DNA of 63,863 nt, filler included, from Ministeria vibrans ATCC 50519 (GCA_943704425.1; 6 parts of 6 records of this genome joined end to end with filler, not necessarily neighbours in it); one strand, 5' to 3'; counted from the first letter of the whole stretch, positions 13,481 through 27,427 are shown. Notes: generated by a model not told the origin, from the sequence alone. Numbers and translations: made by a program.

Positions 13481-15144
13481 TTACGTGGGTTCGCCGTTGT
13501 CGGTGCTTGTGCACTGGCGGTGTTGTTCCAGTCGCCGCTGCTTCTCGATGCGCTTCAGCAGACGATGGCGGCGTCGCAGCTGCAGCAGGCGCTCTTGCAT
13601 GTCGCTGAGGAGATCGCAGTGCTGGCGATGAAAGGACGCCGAACAAGGCGCAAGCAGGTTGTACGAGAGGCGCGGCAGCCATCGGTGAAAGAGCGGTGCG
13701 AAGAAGACAAAGCGCGCGACGCTGACGACGGGGCGAAGTACCTGAGCATTCGGAATGGTGTACCACGGATTGACAAAGCTCGCCGCGCGCTCTTCGTCAC
13801 TATCGGGCCCCAGCAGCGGCGGCGGGTCGTCCGATGTCGACGGCCCCGACTGTGTTGAGAGAGGTGCGTCACTGAGAGTGTCTTCGTGCGACGACGACGT
13901 GCTCAGGCGCGTCGGGTCGGGCGCACGTGCGCCCGGCGGCGGTAAATGGGCCTCCAAGTGGGACCAGAGCGAGACGGAGCGCGTGCCGAGGGCGTACGCG
14001 TCGCGCTGACGGTCGCAGTTGAAGAGAAATGTGCCGTGACGACCCGCAATGGATTCCTCGTGAAGAAAGAGCAGAAAGTCGGAGGTGAACTCAAACGACA
14101 GAGGATACTGAACCATAATTTGGTAGACGCAGTCGAGAAAAAGCAGGAACATTGGAGACTCGTCGTCGTCGTGCGCCGCCATGCCCGCCACCATTTCACT
14201 GGAATAACTTCCGGAAACGGCACTGCCACTGGCGACACTGGGCGACGACGTGTAGCCCCCATGATCATTCCAATGCAGCTCGCCCGTACTGCTGCTGCCA
14301 TTGCTGTTGCGATCGTCACTCGCACCGAGTCCCGGCATGTCGTCAGTGCCGCTGTCGTCGCTCTGTCCGTCGTACAAAATGTAGTCTTCAAAGTCGTTGT
14401 CGATGCTGGCGTCGCTGTAGCCACGCACATCGTCAAAGAACAGGCGATGGTTGTCCAGGTTGGACGACTCCCCGCGCCCAAACAGCGACGTGGCAACGTC
14501 CCATGCGCTTGCAAGGCGACTCGGTGGCCCATGAGCAGGTGTGGCCGTCGTCGAAGTGGACGAAGCGAGAGACGACGACGAGAACAACGGCGACGAGGCC
14601 GAGTGGACAGCATTTGGGGTGGACGAGGCGGCAGCGGGTGATGATGCAAAGGACGCAGACGAGACCACTTGACTGGCAGTGCTGACGGGACGCGACGATT
14701 GCCGTGACGCCGCAACCGAGGCGGCCGCAGCGGTAAACACGCCATTATCATGGCCATTGCGACGCGAGAAGGGATAGCCCATGCTCACCCACTCCTTCTG
14801 AATGAGCTTGGCAAAGCCACGTGTCGTGCGATAAAACGGATCCAGCATAATTTGCGCCAACGACACCACCACTGCAACGCCATCTTGAAAATCGTTCGCT
14901 AACACGCCATTTAAGAAACAATATAAAAAAGGAATGTAAGGGTGAGCTGTATAAAAATAGTAGAGATTATCGTCTTCGCCTTACACTCAACAATGACGGA
15001 CACCTGTGCATCCTCAATGCGCTTGACAACCTCCAAGGATGCATAGAGACAAGCGCCCACACAGCGCAGCCAGCGCGTGTTGGTGACATTCGTGAGCCAT
15101 CGCCGGTCCTCCACTTCATCCATGAGCGATGACCCTACACATGC

Positions 15145-15184
<40 letters not shown>

Positions 15185-16001
15185 TACATACAAAATATGT
15201 AACCTGAGCGTCTTTTTCTCAACTCTTTTTCTTTTGATGTTGGGTGTACCAGTGCACAAAGTCCACAGTTTGGTGTAGCACTGGCGCACGAGCGTTCGCG
15301 AAGGCACGACAGCGCTGATGTCGGTCACGGAACAAGCGCCATTGGACGGACCCTGCGCTCGTTTGATGTGTTCCAGCCATACATCGCTGGCCGGAGTCCG
15401 CACAGATGCACCACTGCGCAACAGACTTCCTCGACACAGCGATACTCCCGTGTGTTTCTGGAGAAAAGAAGAGTATAGCCGGGTGAGAGACATGTATACG
15501 CCATCGTCGCCCCACCTGAGTCCACGACCAGACAGGTACTCCTCCGCTCGTCTGATCCGCACTCATCGCAAACAGTTGCCGGTCACAGGCATTGGCAGGA
15601 CACGCAAGATACGGCGGGTACCTACGCAAAAACAAACAAAAAAAACGTACATAGATCAAAGTATAAATGATGATTAATTGATGCTTAGTGACGTACGTAG
15701 CACACACCGTGTAGCTAGCATTGGCAGCACTGATGCGCCATCGCCTCTCAGCCCCAGTGCGTTCCATCTCGGACTCCAGGACGACACGAGACACGATCGA
15801 ACCGGCGGCAGGAACGGGCCCCATGTGGCGCATACCGCCCGTGATCCATTCGGGAACATCGGACGAAAAAGCCGCAGTGTAGGCAAACGCAAAGAACCGA
15901 AACGGCCGCGGGTCCCCCAGCTGTCGTACCAGCTCCCGCAGTAAAACTATCGCTTCCGACTGGCGTGCACACGACAGTCCAAACCGAATAGCGCGAATGT
16001 C

Positions 16002-16080
<79 letters not shown>

Positions 16081-16512
16081 ACAAAGACACACACATTCAC
16101 GACAATCGTCAAACCTCATTAAAATATTTGTGGCTTGTTTACCTTGCACTCAATCTCAATGGCATCAAAGAGGGGCAGCTTCTTGTTGAAGTTGGGCATG
16201 TCGTAGCGCCGACCTTTGAACCAACGGTACACGGCAGCAACACACTGAATGGGGATGGTAGCGTCGCCCGGTGTCTGGTCGTGAGAGTGCACTCCCGTGT
16301 GCGGCAGCACGTACGACGAGCGCTCGTCCGCCACAAACGCCAGCCGGAAGTTTGTCAAAAACAACGTGCCCAGTTCCCCAACGTCGTCGCTCGCGCGCTG
16401 CCGTGTGTGCACCAGCGCAGCATTCCGTTTATGTGTCCGTGCGAGTCGTGTAATCACTTCTTCACCTGTGTACCAGAGACGGTCAGAGATTGAGTGTGAT
16501 TCCCCGTTAAAT

Positions 16513-16573
<61 letters not shown>

Positions 16574-16890
16574 NNNNNNNNNNNNNNNNNNNNNNNNNNN
16601 NNNNNNNNNNNNNNNNNNNNNNNNNNNNNNNNNNNNNNNNNNNNNNNNNNNNNNNNNNNNNNNNNNNNNNNNNNNNNNNNNNNNNNNNNNNNNNNNNNNN
16701 NNNNNNNNNNNNNNNNNNNNNNNNNNNNNNNNNNNNNNNNNNNNNNNNNNNNNNNNNNNNNNNNNNNNNNNNNNNNNNNNNNNNNNNNNNNNNNNNNNNN
16801 NNNNNNNNNNNNNNNNNNNNNNNNNNNNNNNNNNNNNNNNNNNNNNNNNNNNNNNNNNNNNNNNNNNNNNNNNNNNNNNNNNNNNNNNNT

Positions 16891-16938
<48 letters not shown>

Positions 16939-17438
16939 GCTCGAGGCAGGAACAGTCCCCATGACGAAGTAACAGGAGGCTTTGCAAACGGCAACGACAG
17001 CAACAGCAGACGCAAGTTGGATCACAGCGAAGAAAAACACAGTGAGTCTCAAGGGGCACACAGAGGATCCGCAGAGGTAGCACAATCGCACAGCAACGGG
17101 TGTTCGTCAAATGCGTTTGGCTACCAATGGCCTGAGGTGGAAAACGAATGTGCAAAAGAGACGAGAAATGTGTACCGGGCAGAAACGTCGGCTCGGCTGA
17201 GAGCGAAAACATTGCCGCTGCCTTTCGCAGCAGCTCTTCCATCTAGATCACGCACAACCCTTCCATTAGAGACACACCAAACATCGTTTTGAGGTAGCAA
17301 TGCCTTTGCGTCATCGAGTGTATCGTCAGCGCTCTCCGACCCAGTGTCAGTCGTCTCCCCGCATTGCCGCTCCACCGCATCGTCAACCTCCTCGGCGCTC
17401 GGAAGCCTTTCGCTCCGATCGCTTTCGCCCGTTTCCAT
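13481..17438 (-). CDS. Myotubularin-related pseudophosphatase (MTMR10/11/12-like), multi-exon
   Basis: GRAM-like GTLFLTNFRL, WRISAANASYTVCATYP, SLAQIMLDPFYRT..GF..LIQKEWV..GYPF and SPMFLLFLDCVYQI..QYP..FEF. The catalytic HCxxGxxR is replaced by VESNDFQDG. Start codon uncertain. Confidence 0.85.
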
Positions 17439-17600
17439 GCGGGCGTCGAGCGACGACAGCAGAACAATAAATGGAGTGGCGAGCACTTCAAACAACATCT
17501 GCACTTAATCAATTCACAATTTTCTTGTTGTACCGGTGGCCGTACCACACAGCCCTGGAAGACTTACTTGAGCCGGGGGCAGCCGTGGCACACTTCAACC

Positions 17601-20085
17601 ATGCCTCAAGAGTATCAGTCAGCAGGTAATTTTTTTTTTATGAACTCTCCTCTCTCTCTCTGTGTGTCTCTCAGACGCGCACCTGACGTTTTTTGTGACT
17701 CGATGGTGTAGGGAGAACCTTTCAGTACCCGTTTGAGCTCGTTATTGCCGTAAGTGGGGCTCTCGTGAACTTGACCCAACCCAAATGTCTCACTCCTGCG
17801 CATTCCTGCAGTCGTACGAGCGCAGATGGCCCACCTGCGAGCGCATCCCCGTTCTGCTCGCAAGTACCGTCACCGAGGAGGAGAACTCCGAGGACGGGGC
17901 TGTCACGCGGACCACCCGTCGATGCGAACTGGCCATTGACGCGCCGACACTCCTGCGAAAGGTACGCCAGCACTCGCCCGTTCTGGCCCATTCGAGCCCT
18001 TCTTTGCCCCGCGCTCCCGCGACATTGCGTACAGTTGTCCTTTCTCGCAGCTATGTGTTGTTTTGTGCGCTGCAATAGCGTGCTTGTCGTTTTTTTCTCA
18101 CCTGTGTCTCTCTTCGCCCTTATTCGTGACAGATCATCGGCCAAGACACCGCAATCTTTATGCAAACCAACACGTTGAATCGTCGCGAACGAACGCTGGT
18201 CATCGAAGCACACAATGACTCCTTCCAAAACCGACTGTCCATCATCGAGGGGTGTTCGTACAAGGTAACGCGACGGACAGGTCGCGCGACTCTCCGTTAC
18301 TCCTAATAATAATTATTATTGTGTGCCGTCTGTGCTAGGTTCATCCCGACAATCCTTACTGGACACTCTTTGAGCAGCACGCCACCTTGCACATCAAGTC
18401 GATGCTTGGAATGGAGTCACAGATTGAAAAATTTGTCATCAAGCATTACCTGAAAAACGTCGAACGCGTACGAAAGCCATGCACGCAAGCGTATACTGCC
18501 ACAGCTGACCATTGAATACGCGCATAGGGAAAGGAGCTTGCGATGAGTTTTTTGCAGGACCTGTTTGATGAGGGCGTGACATACGTGCCACCATTTGAGG
18601 CGGCCGACGAGAGCGCAACGGACGTGGAGAGTCTGGCGGCCGCCGACTCGTTTGTCCTCGATGATGTGACCATCAAGCGCACGCTTGGGGACCTCACCGA
18701 GTTGCAGCAGAGTGCGCTGGTGATGCTGCATCGCAACCTGCTGCAGCGCAACATCACGCCCATGCCTGAGACCAGCGTTGTCTTCCGCTTCCTCAAGGGT
18801 CACTCCTTCGACCTACCTAAGGCGCAGGCTGCCCTCCGCCGCTCCATGACCTGGCGCGGTCAGCACCAAGTTGACCAGGTTAGGCAGTATATAGAGCACC
18901 TCAATGCTCCCAAGACCCTCACACACGCACACACATTCGTCTGTAGGTCCTAGACACCTACCAACCGTCGCGTCTCCTGCGCGATTACTGTCCTGCTGCC
19001 TGGCACAAAAGCGACAAAGGTAAGCGCTTCAAGTACCCACGCGTGTATTCTGGCTCTCACACGTATTGCCTGTTGCATTGAAGAGGGCCGGCCTCTGCTG
19101 ATTGTGCGTCCGGGACTACTGGACATGAAGGGGCTGATGATGTCGGGCAAGGAGGATCTGCAGAGACATGTTGTGTGGCTCAACGAGCTGGGCATGCGCA
19201 TGTGTAAGGAGCGTAGTGAGTCCTCGGGTGTTCCTCTACGCGGTTGCACGTGCATTGCCGACCTTGAAGGGCTCACCTTCTCGGCACTGTGGCAACCGGC
19301 GCTGCGTGAGATGCGCGAAATTGTCGACACCGTCCAGACCAACTACCCCGAGATGCTAGACCGCTGCATCATTGTTCGTGCCCCGCGCGTCTTTTGGGTC
19401 CTCTGGACTATTCTCTCGCGCTTTGTTGATCCCCGCACCCGCAACAAGGTACTCTGTTTGAGCAACTGCTTTTTTTTTTAAGATAACTTTTTTTATGTAC
19501 TCTCACTTTGCCCCTTCCCCCATTCAGATTCAAGTGTTCACAGGCGATGACTACGTGTCGCATTTGCGTGAGGTTGTCGACGACGACGTGCTACCCGACT
19601 GGCTTGGTGGCAGTGATACGTCGCTGCAGCTCAACGGGGGTCCTGTGCCTGAGCACCTCAAGGACGGCAACGCCGACTCGACGAGCCGCACCGGCATCTA
19701 CAATGCAGTGACTGTAGGACGCGGCTCGACCTTCCGTCTCCCCCTAGCTGTCGGCGAAGAGGAGTCGGCTATCACGTGGGACTACACAACACACGTGAGC
19801 GTCGCCTTCTCCGTCTACTACGCGCCGCGCGGCGATGGAGAGACGGCGGTGCTGTCCGACCTGCAAGTGGTTGCGGAGAGCACCACCTCACCCGACAGCG
19901 TCCATGGCATGTGCGACTGTACACACGCCGGCCAGTACGTCCTCGTCTGGGACAACTCATCCTCATGGCTCCACTCTCGCTCCCTCCAATACTCCATCAC
20001 ATGCGTTCATGGCGGCGACATTGCTCGCTCCATGTCCAGTCTGTCCCTCTCTCCAAGCACTCTTTCTCGTACAAGTGCGCAATGA
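17601..20085 (+). CDS. SEC14L1: SEC14-like protein 1 (PRELI + CRAL-TRIO + GOLD), multi-exon
   Basis: MPQEYQS..FQYPFELVIA|SYERRWPTC (PRELI), VHPDNPYWTLFEQ, LGDLTELQQS, NYPEMLDRCIIVRAPRVF (CRAL-TRIO) and GQYVLVWDN (GOLD). Confidence 0.92.
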
Positions 20086-20492
20086 ATTTTTGTTTAAAGA
20101 AAAAAAGCAGTCATACTAGTCAGTGTCACTATGTTCAAGCATAATCAACATCCGAGTTACTGTCGACTCTCGCCCTGTGGACACTTAGACCCTCGTTTTC
20201 ACGCACGTCTGTCCGCCAGACATCATCCGTTGTGAAAATTGTGTGAACATCATGCGTTGTGAAAATTGTGTGAGTCCTAATGTGTGTATGTCCACTCAAT
20301 GCAAAACGAGCGTCGCAGAAAATGACAAAGAGTGACTCGTAAAGCGATTATTTTTTTGTTGTATTTTCTACCGAGTTTATGAAAAAAGAAAAGCAGTAGG
20401 TTGAAATGTTTTTGGCAAAGAATCAGCTGAGAGGCAAGGGCACACGGAAAGGCGGAGAGTGAGAAGGTGGGTAGTGGATGGGCAGAGAGCGG

Positions 20493-22073
20493 TTACATTT
20501 TGCCTGAGCTCGTAGACTTCTTGGGAACCCTTGACTTGGGATCTCTGGCAGCAGCAGCAGGAGCGGCAGCAGCCGAGGGCCCAGCAAGGGCCGCCGACGC
20601 ACCAGGAGCGCCTGTGGCAGCAGCACTGATGGCGGGTGCACCAGCAGGACCAGCGCCGGGAGCAGCAGCCGTACCGGCGGCAGCTGGGCCTCCAGGGGCA
20701 GCTGCAGCAGCACCACCCCCACTGGCAGCGCCAAACTGTGCTTGCTGTCGTTCGTATTTAAGCAGCGTCCAGTCGTACACGTAGTCATACGAGTAGTTTT
20801 CACGGTTGAACAGGTTGCGGAACATCTGGCGTAGGTACTGATAGTCGGGTTTGTCGTCAAAGCGCAACGAACGGCAGTAATTTAAGTACGAGGCAAATTC
20901 AGCTAAACGGGAGGGAGAGGGGAGAAAGAAAAAAGAGTGAGGATTTTTATATTATTATCTTTTTCAAGTTCGAAATAAAAACGTACAGGGGAACCCTTTG
21001 CAGAGCACTTCAATGGGAGTCGACATTTTGCGTTCACTGATGCGCTCGTACTTTTGCTTCTTCGTGGCCGCCTGAGTACAACAGACACAGAAAGATTAAA
21101 AAAAAGACGGGAGAAGGAAAGCAGACAGAGGAACAAAGTGATACAGAAACAACAGGTAATAGGGAGAAAACAAATACATAGGAATAAAATATTAATAGAG
21201 GGAGAAACAATAGAGAGAGGGAAATCGTAGAGAGAGGGAAATCATAGAGGAAATCCAAAAAAAAATCAAAGTGAAGGAGACCTTGAGACCCTGCCAGGGG
21301 AGAGAGCCACGGTTGAAGTACATGAGGACATAGCCCAGCGACTCAAGATCGTCGCGACGGCTTTGCTCAATTCCCAGATGCGTGTTGATCGACGCATACC
21401 GCGCTGTGCCCGTCAGGTTCTTGTTCTCTCGGTAGGGAATGTGTTGGTGTGTCTTTTGATCCCGGAATTTTTTCGCCAGTCCAAAATCAATAATGTAAAC
21501 TACAAATGATAAAAATCATAATAAAAAGGAAAAGTATAGAGCACAAAAATAATGCACTGCGATACCTTGGTTGCCACGCTTGCCGAGTCCCATAAGGAAA
21601 TTGTCAGGTTTGATGTCGCGATGGATGAAATTCCTTGAGTGGACATACTCAATGCGACTGACCATCGAGTCGGCGAGAAGCAACACCGTCTTGATACTGA
21701 ATTTGCGCGAGCAAAAGTTAAATAGATCTTCGAGCGATGGGCCTAGCAGCTCCATCACCATTACACTGTAGTCGCCCTCAACACCAAACCATTTCACGTG
21801 CGGAATGCCCGCTGAAACAGATTTGTACAAAGGAGATCAGCTTGGTGTGCAATCAATGTCACACGGCTCGTACCACCGCCCAAAAGAATTTTGTACAATT
21901 TGCTCTCGTAGCTAAGCTGTGGGTGTTTCGACTTGACACACTCGAGCTTGATCGCCACCTACGAGGAGCAAAACGCACTTTATCGCTTCGTTCTTCTCCT
22001 CTTCTTGCTTTACCTCCTCGCCGCTGTGAACATTGACACCAAGATAAATGTCGCCAAATGAACCAGAGCCGAT
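20493..22073 (-). CDS. CSNK1D: Casein kinase I (delta/epsilon-like); first exon lost in the gap
   Basis: [71 protein letters not shown] and RFDDKPDY. Ala-rich tail. Confidence 0.92.
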
Positions 22074-22607
22074 CTACAAGGAGAGATGCAAGGTCACGCG
22101 ACAGAAAGGAATGAGATTTTGGGACGAAACCACAAAAAAACACACAAATGTGAACGTCAAAAAACCCCCCGAGGATGACTTTGAAAGGCCAGTCGTCGAA
22201 TGAGTGTGGCATTAAAACACATCCACACAAGGCGGGTGGGCAAGCAGAGAAGAGACACGACCAAAAGCGGAGTTGGAGGTATTTTTACATCATCCAACAA
22301 AGTCGACCCATTTTGGTATGTGCACAGCAGGGTGACAGCAGATGGTGAGCATAGTGCCCGTCAGAATGGTGTGAGGCAACGTGCGGGGGAGGATTTCAGC
22401 GTGGCGGTTGACGAAGATGCTTAGCAACACGTTTCCGGGATGGCCTTGGGCCAGGGGGGCGAAAGCGCCGTGTCGCCCCAAGGAACGTGTGGCGGTCGAC
22501 TTGGTCAAGGTAGCGCAGCGTGAAGTGTAGGCTATGCCGATGCAAAGCCAGGCGCGACGTTTTGAAACCAAGACGAAGTCAAAAAAAAAAAAAAAAAAAA
22601 AGGGGGG

Positions 22608-22707
22608 NNNNNNNNNNNNNNNNNNNNNNNNNNNNNNNNNNNNNNNNNNNNTTAATTAATTAANNNNNNNNNNNNNNNNNNNNNNNNNNNNNNNNNNNNN
22701 NNNNNNN
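22608..22707. other. Artificial contig linker (N44-TTAATTAATTAA-N44)
   Basis: Six-frame stop spacer flanked by N runs. Identical linkers at 24879-24978, 27206-27305, 29324-29423 and 61055-61154. Confidence 0.95.
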
Positions 22708-22963
22708 CCACCGCACGCTTCAAGCCGACATCGAAAAAACCATCGAGATGCGTCGGCAGGCCTTGCGCGAAACCGAAGAGATAAAGCAAAAGGACATGCG
22801 TGATACGGCGCAGGCGGAATTGGCCCACAAGGAGTCCGAGGAGGAAATACAGCGACTCAACGAGCAGCTCGAGGAGCTCAAACGGAACCCGCCCAAGCCA
22901 CAGATTATCCGACGCATCGTTATTGTCAAAAAGAAAAGATCCTTTTTGGGAATCAGGTATTGA
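22708..22963 (+). CDS. C-terminal fragment of a coiled-coil protein (5' part in gap)
   Basis: Frame open from the contig edge: E/K/Q-rich heptads ending KRNPPKPQIIRRIVIVKKKRSFLGIRY*, followed by AATAAA. Confidence 0.55.
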
Positions 22964-23054
22964 GAGAGTTCTAAGTTCTCCTAAGTAGCTAAAGAAGGAA
23001 TAAATAAAAAAGAAAAAAAATTAATAATGTCGAGTGGAGAAAAACAATAACAAA

Positions 23055-23088
<34 letters not shown>

Positions 23089-23914
23089 ATACAGTCACGA
23101 CAGCCAAACCGCCTTGCAAACTCAATCGAAACTCTAGAGGTAGCATGGGAGAACAGTTTCAGAACAGTGGCGGGTCAAAGTGCTGTGTCGACGCTATCCA
23201 GTGAGGCGATTTCAATGGTACGCCATACCCCCAGTGGCCAGTGGGGGCTTAGAGCTCTGACATCATGACGGTGTCTGTCGGCAAGGAGTGTAAAGTCGAA
23301 GTTGTGGTTGAAGCAATCGGATCGGTGGTCGGCGGCGGCAAGTCCAGGTGGCTGTGGGGCGCTCCCGTGGTACACAGGCAGGGCGGGTCGGCTGCAGGGC
23401 GACTGGCGTGCTTGTTGTCGTGGCTGTGTGTTAGATTGTGAGGATAAATACATGGATGGATAGGGGGGAGAATAACGGGGGGTTCGGGAGGGTGAATCGA
23501 AGGTGAATCACCCTGGGTGGCGTTGACGGCGACAATGAAGCATCTGTACATGTCCTCCACTGCAGGGGATAAAATTCTTCATAGTGTGAGTCGTCGGTCG
23601 CGCGCAGTGCTTCGAGAAGACCAGTGAGTCGTGTCGGTGTCGGTACACCACAGTGGAGCAGGAATTGTTCTGGGCTCTACGACAGAGTGAAATGCCACTT
23701 TTTCAAGGTAGGAATCTTGGTCCAATAGAGAACATTAGAGGTCCAATCTTGGTTGGAGATCACTGATTCGTGACTGATTCAAAATTCACTCAACGTTAAC
23801 GGTTATATCTCAATTCTCTTCTTCTTCATTATTAATTACATCACTTACATTACTTTTTATTACTTGGCTGCCATCAAGAGCGATACTCCGCAGCCGCGTC
23901 ATACTAAAGCAGGA

Positions 23915-24293
23915 ATGTTGCGTCGCAAGCCCGGGCGGATCGACGTCGGAGCGGACGACAGCGACGAGTACAACCGCGAAGAGGTACCAGCGCCTGTCGG
24001 GCTCTCTGCGCGCTCTGCCAAGCCGGCATGCTGCAAGGCAGCCCGGTGACGACCGTGCTAGTCGCCAGATAGGCTCGCCATGGCCGCGCCAAGCAGTCCT
24101 TTGCTCTGTTTTCCGTCCGTTTGCCTCTTTGACCCTCTCCCCTCCTCCGTAGGTTCTCCACAAGGTCCATGCGGCCGCACAGTCTAGCCGTGTACAAGCA
24201 TCAAAGCCTCAGACATCGTTCCAAGCCGCTTCCACTGTGCCATCGGCGAGAGAAAAGCGCAAGAGAGAGACAGACGAACGAATTGGTTTGTAA
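23915..24293 (+). CDS. CDC26: APC/C subunit CDC26 (two exons, ~69 aa)
   Basis: N-terminus MLRRKPGRIDVGADDSDEY matches the CDC26 MLRRKPT.LEL..DD..E signature. Intron 23984-24152 gives an in-frame exon ending ETDERIGL* (compare DRIGY). Confidence 0.8.
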
Positions 24294-24792
24294 GATAGTA
24301 ATACATTGCGCTCAAGAGCAAATTTTGTACCAAGTGCGAAGAGTGCGCGCGTCAGAGAGCCAGCCGGTGGCCCAAGGGAAGACTGAGCTTTCGTTGGGCG
24401 TCTTTGGCATTATTATTACGCTGAACATTCGGAGTGGGTGCACTATGACATGGTTGGTCTGTTGTCATGTTATGATGTTCACAAATGACATTAGTGTGTC
24501 ATTGGAGAAGAAACACATCTCGACCTGCAGTTGCCTCGGTGCTTGAGGCATGAGGCCAAGTTCACTACGCGGAGTGTGTGTGGTGAAGAAAGTCACTGCA
24601 CGTCTAAGCCAGTAGACTCTCCGTCTGGCCTGCACGCGAGCCTCTCTGCGCCGACTCTCTCTTTTGCTTATCTAATACGAGCAATAAGTACGTTCTCAAG
24701 CCAAAAAATAGAAAAACAAAAGTCATGTAAAACATAGGTATGAATGGTGGAGATTTGTTTACTCTACAAAAAATAATTATAATGCTTTCTTT

Positions 24793-24878
24793 TTAGTCCA
24801 TCTCTTCGACGGTTGGACCGCTTTGCTGGGGCGCACCCTGACCGGCCTCGGTGCCGCATCCGCCTGCCTGCTGTTGGT
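24793..24878 (-). CDS. HSP70: Cytosolic Hsp70 C-terminal tail (fragment)
   Basis: Translates QQAGGCGTEAGQGAPQQSGPTVEEMD*, the GPTVEEVD-type Hsp70 terminus. The rest of the gene is in the gap. Confidence 0.75.
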
Positions 24879-25006
24879 NNNNNNNNNNNNNNNNNNNNNN
24901 NNNNNNNNNNNNNNNNNNNNNNTTAATTAATTAANNNNNNNNNNNNNNNNNNNNNNNNNNNNNNNNNNNNNNNNNNNNTTTTTAGGCAATAGTCAATAAT
25001 AAAAAC

Positions 25007-25182
<176 letters not shown>

Positions 25183-25388
25183 GGCTGAAGGTCTTTGAGG
25201 CAACATCATAAGTGGTGGTGATGGGCAGGCCCCAGAAGTTTATGTACTGAAAGCACGCAGCCTTGGGAATATGTGTGTCGTTGAGACCCAGATTGGCAGG
25301 CAGAGTAAAATACGTTTGAGCTTAAAATAATAATACGTGTTTTTTTTGGTTTGTAAAAATACAGTTTGTGTGGTGAGACCCGTTTCTC

Positions 25389-27113
25389 TCACTGGAGCTT
25401 CTGCGCTGCGTCGGCAATGGTCGCGCGCAACTGCACGACCACATCAAGTGCCTCAAACGCACTCTGTTCGTACTCCAGTCGAGTCTTCAGAGCAGTCTTC
25501 TCCTAATCAACACAAAACAGAACAGCATGAGTCACGCACACGCGGACCATAGATCCACATTAGATTCACACCGCTTCTACACGCGCCAACAGCTTGGCCT
25601 GATCGCCTTCAATGCGCTGAAATAGCAGTGCCTAATCCAGTGAAGAGGAGACAAAGTATCAATAAACGGCCGACAAGTACTCCATGAAAGACGGCTCACC
25701 TGACGACGGCGACGGAAGGAGGCCATCTCAGTCAGTTCCAGCTCCTGTTGATCTAGCAGCACCTTCTCTGCCTCTTCGTGTTGTTTGGCTAGCTCTTCCA
25801 TCGCCTCCTGCTCCATTGCTGATGTGTCCACCTACATGCACAAAGAGATGTTGTAGTGGTACGAGAGGTGTAGTGTAATGAAAAAGAAAAAAGTATACCC
25901 TTTGTGTTTGTCGAGTGAGAAAGGTACGTCCAACACTGGTCTTGCGCTGAGTGGCCACATCCAAGATGGTCGCCTTCCGCATGTCCTTGCGCACGTCCTT
26001 GACGGCCTTCTTCTTCGCGAGTGCATGAGTGCGTCGCAGGACAATGCACGCGTGCTCGTGAATGCCATTGAGCTGCTGTAGTTCGAGCGAGTGCGTGGCC
26101 TTTTGGTGCTCCACTCGCATCATGTTGTTTGTGTCCGCGCTGTTCAGTTCCAACGCGTGCCGCTCTTCCGTGTGTCTTCTGAGCTGTGCCTGGCGATCTT
26201 GAAACTGCTTCACAACCTGCTCCAGTTCCTTCTCGGCATTTTCCTTGATCAGCGTGTTCTCTTCGCGTTCCACCGTCATTTCAAACTCCGCCAGTGCCTG
26301 TTGACTGTGGTCTGCAACTGTCTTGCTCAGCGAATCCGTCAGTTGCTTCTCCAATGCCTCCGTCTCCTGCTCAACCAACTTTTTCTTCTCCTACGCGCGT
26401 GTCAAATGAACAAGAAAAATTAACGGTATCATTCATGATTCACATGTGACTTGTTCGGTTCCTCTCTTTTACCTTTGCACTGCTGGCAGTCTGTTTGATT
26501 TCCTGAGTGACAGTTTTTGAGCGAACTTTGAGAGTGGAACGAAAGTCCTTCTTCTGCTGCTTGGCAAAATCCTTGAGCGAGTCGTTGAGCTTCTTGCGTT
26601 CGACGCCGTGTCGTTTGCGCACCATCGCAATGCGGTCCGTGTGCTCCTTGCGCAGCAATGCCAGATCGGCGTCGCTGCGATCGGCGGCCTTCTCCTTGGC
26701 ATGCTTGGCATCGAGACTGTCCAGTTCGGCCTGCTGTCGTGCCAGAAGCTGTTTCATCTCCTTAAGCTGGCGCTGACGATGGTCACGCAGCGCAGCCATT
26801 TGTTGGCGCACCAGCTCGCGCTCCTGTTTGCTGTTGTCCGAGTTGTCCCGCACAAGCAAGTGACGCGGACGCAACGTCTCATTAAACTGATACGCCTTGC
26901 TCGCCTGCTCAAGACTTGCCGTCGACACACCCGTCCTAGTCAACGACGGTACGTCCACTGCTGCCGGCTTACTGGGACTGCCACTGCCGCTGGCACCCGC
27001 TGCATTGCCCTCTGACGCTGCTGTCTCGCCCGTCGTGTCCGGGACCGTTTCATCTGTGTCGGACCCTGCCGGTGACATGGCCTCCAGTTCTGTGTCAATT
27101 TGATCTTCGAGTC
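25389..27113 (-). CDS. Coiled-coil C-terminal region, probably of an STE20-family kinase (SLK/STK10/TAO-like); 5' part missing
   Basis: Spliced coiled-coil exons. FNETLRPRHLL...ERELVRQQMAALRDHRQRQLKEMKQL resembles the SLK/TAO tail start. No kinase domain is visible. Confidence 0.55.
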
Positions 27114-27313
27114 CTTGTAAGAAGTCCTAAATTATTATTATTATTATTATTACTGTTTTGTTTTTTTTGTTTGTTATTTGTTGTTTGTTGTGTGCTTTTT
27201 TTTTTNNNNNNNNNNNNNNNNNNNNNNNNNNNNNNNNNNNNNNNNNNNNTTAATTAATTAANNNNNNNNNNNNNNNNNNNNNNNNNNNNNNNNNNNNNNN
27301 NNNNNGTGTGTGC

Positions 27314-27402
<89 letters not shown>

Positions 27403-27427
27403 GCAATTGACATGAAGTGGGGCACAC

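Noticed and set aside
16119-17292. Long ORFs with LSLSLS/RERERE/CVCVCV/HTHT tracts (also at 27.3-29.8 kb and 35.7-37.4 kb)
   Set aside because: Translations of intronic microsatellites and N gaps.
20221-20275. 27-nt tandem duplication (also 24-nt at ~11326-11369 and 27-nt at ~48748-48800)
   Set aside because: Two-copy local slippage duplications with no further structure.
22652-22663. Recurrent palindromic TTAATTAATTAA (five copies)
   Set aside because: Always centred in 44+44 N runs, so it is an assembly linker. Gene neighbourhoods across these points are not interpretable.
23086-23583. Short ORFs in the 23 kb region
   Set aside because: No recognisable motif or consistent splice model.
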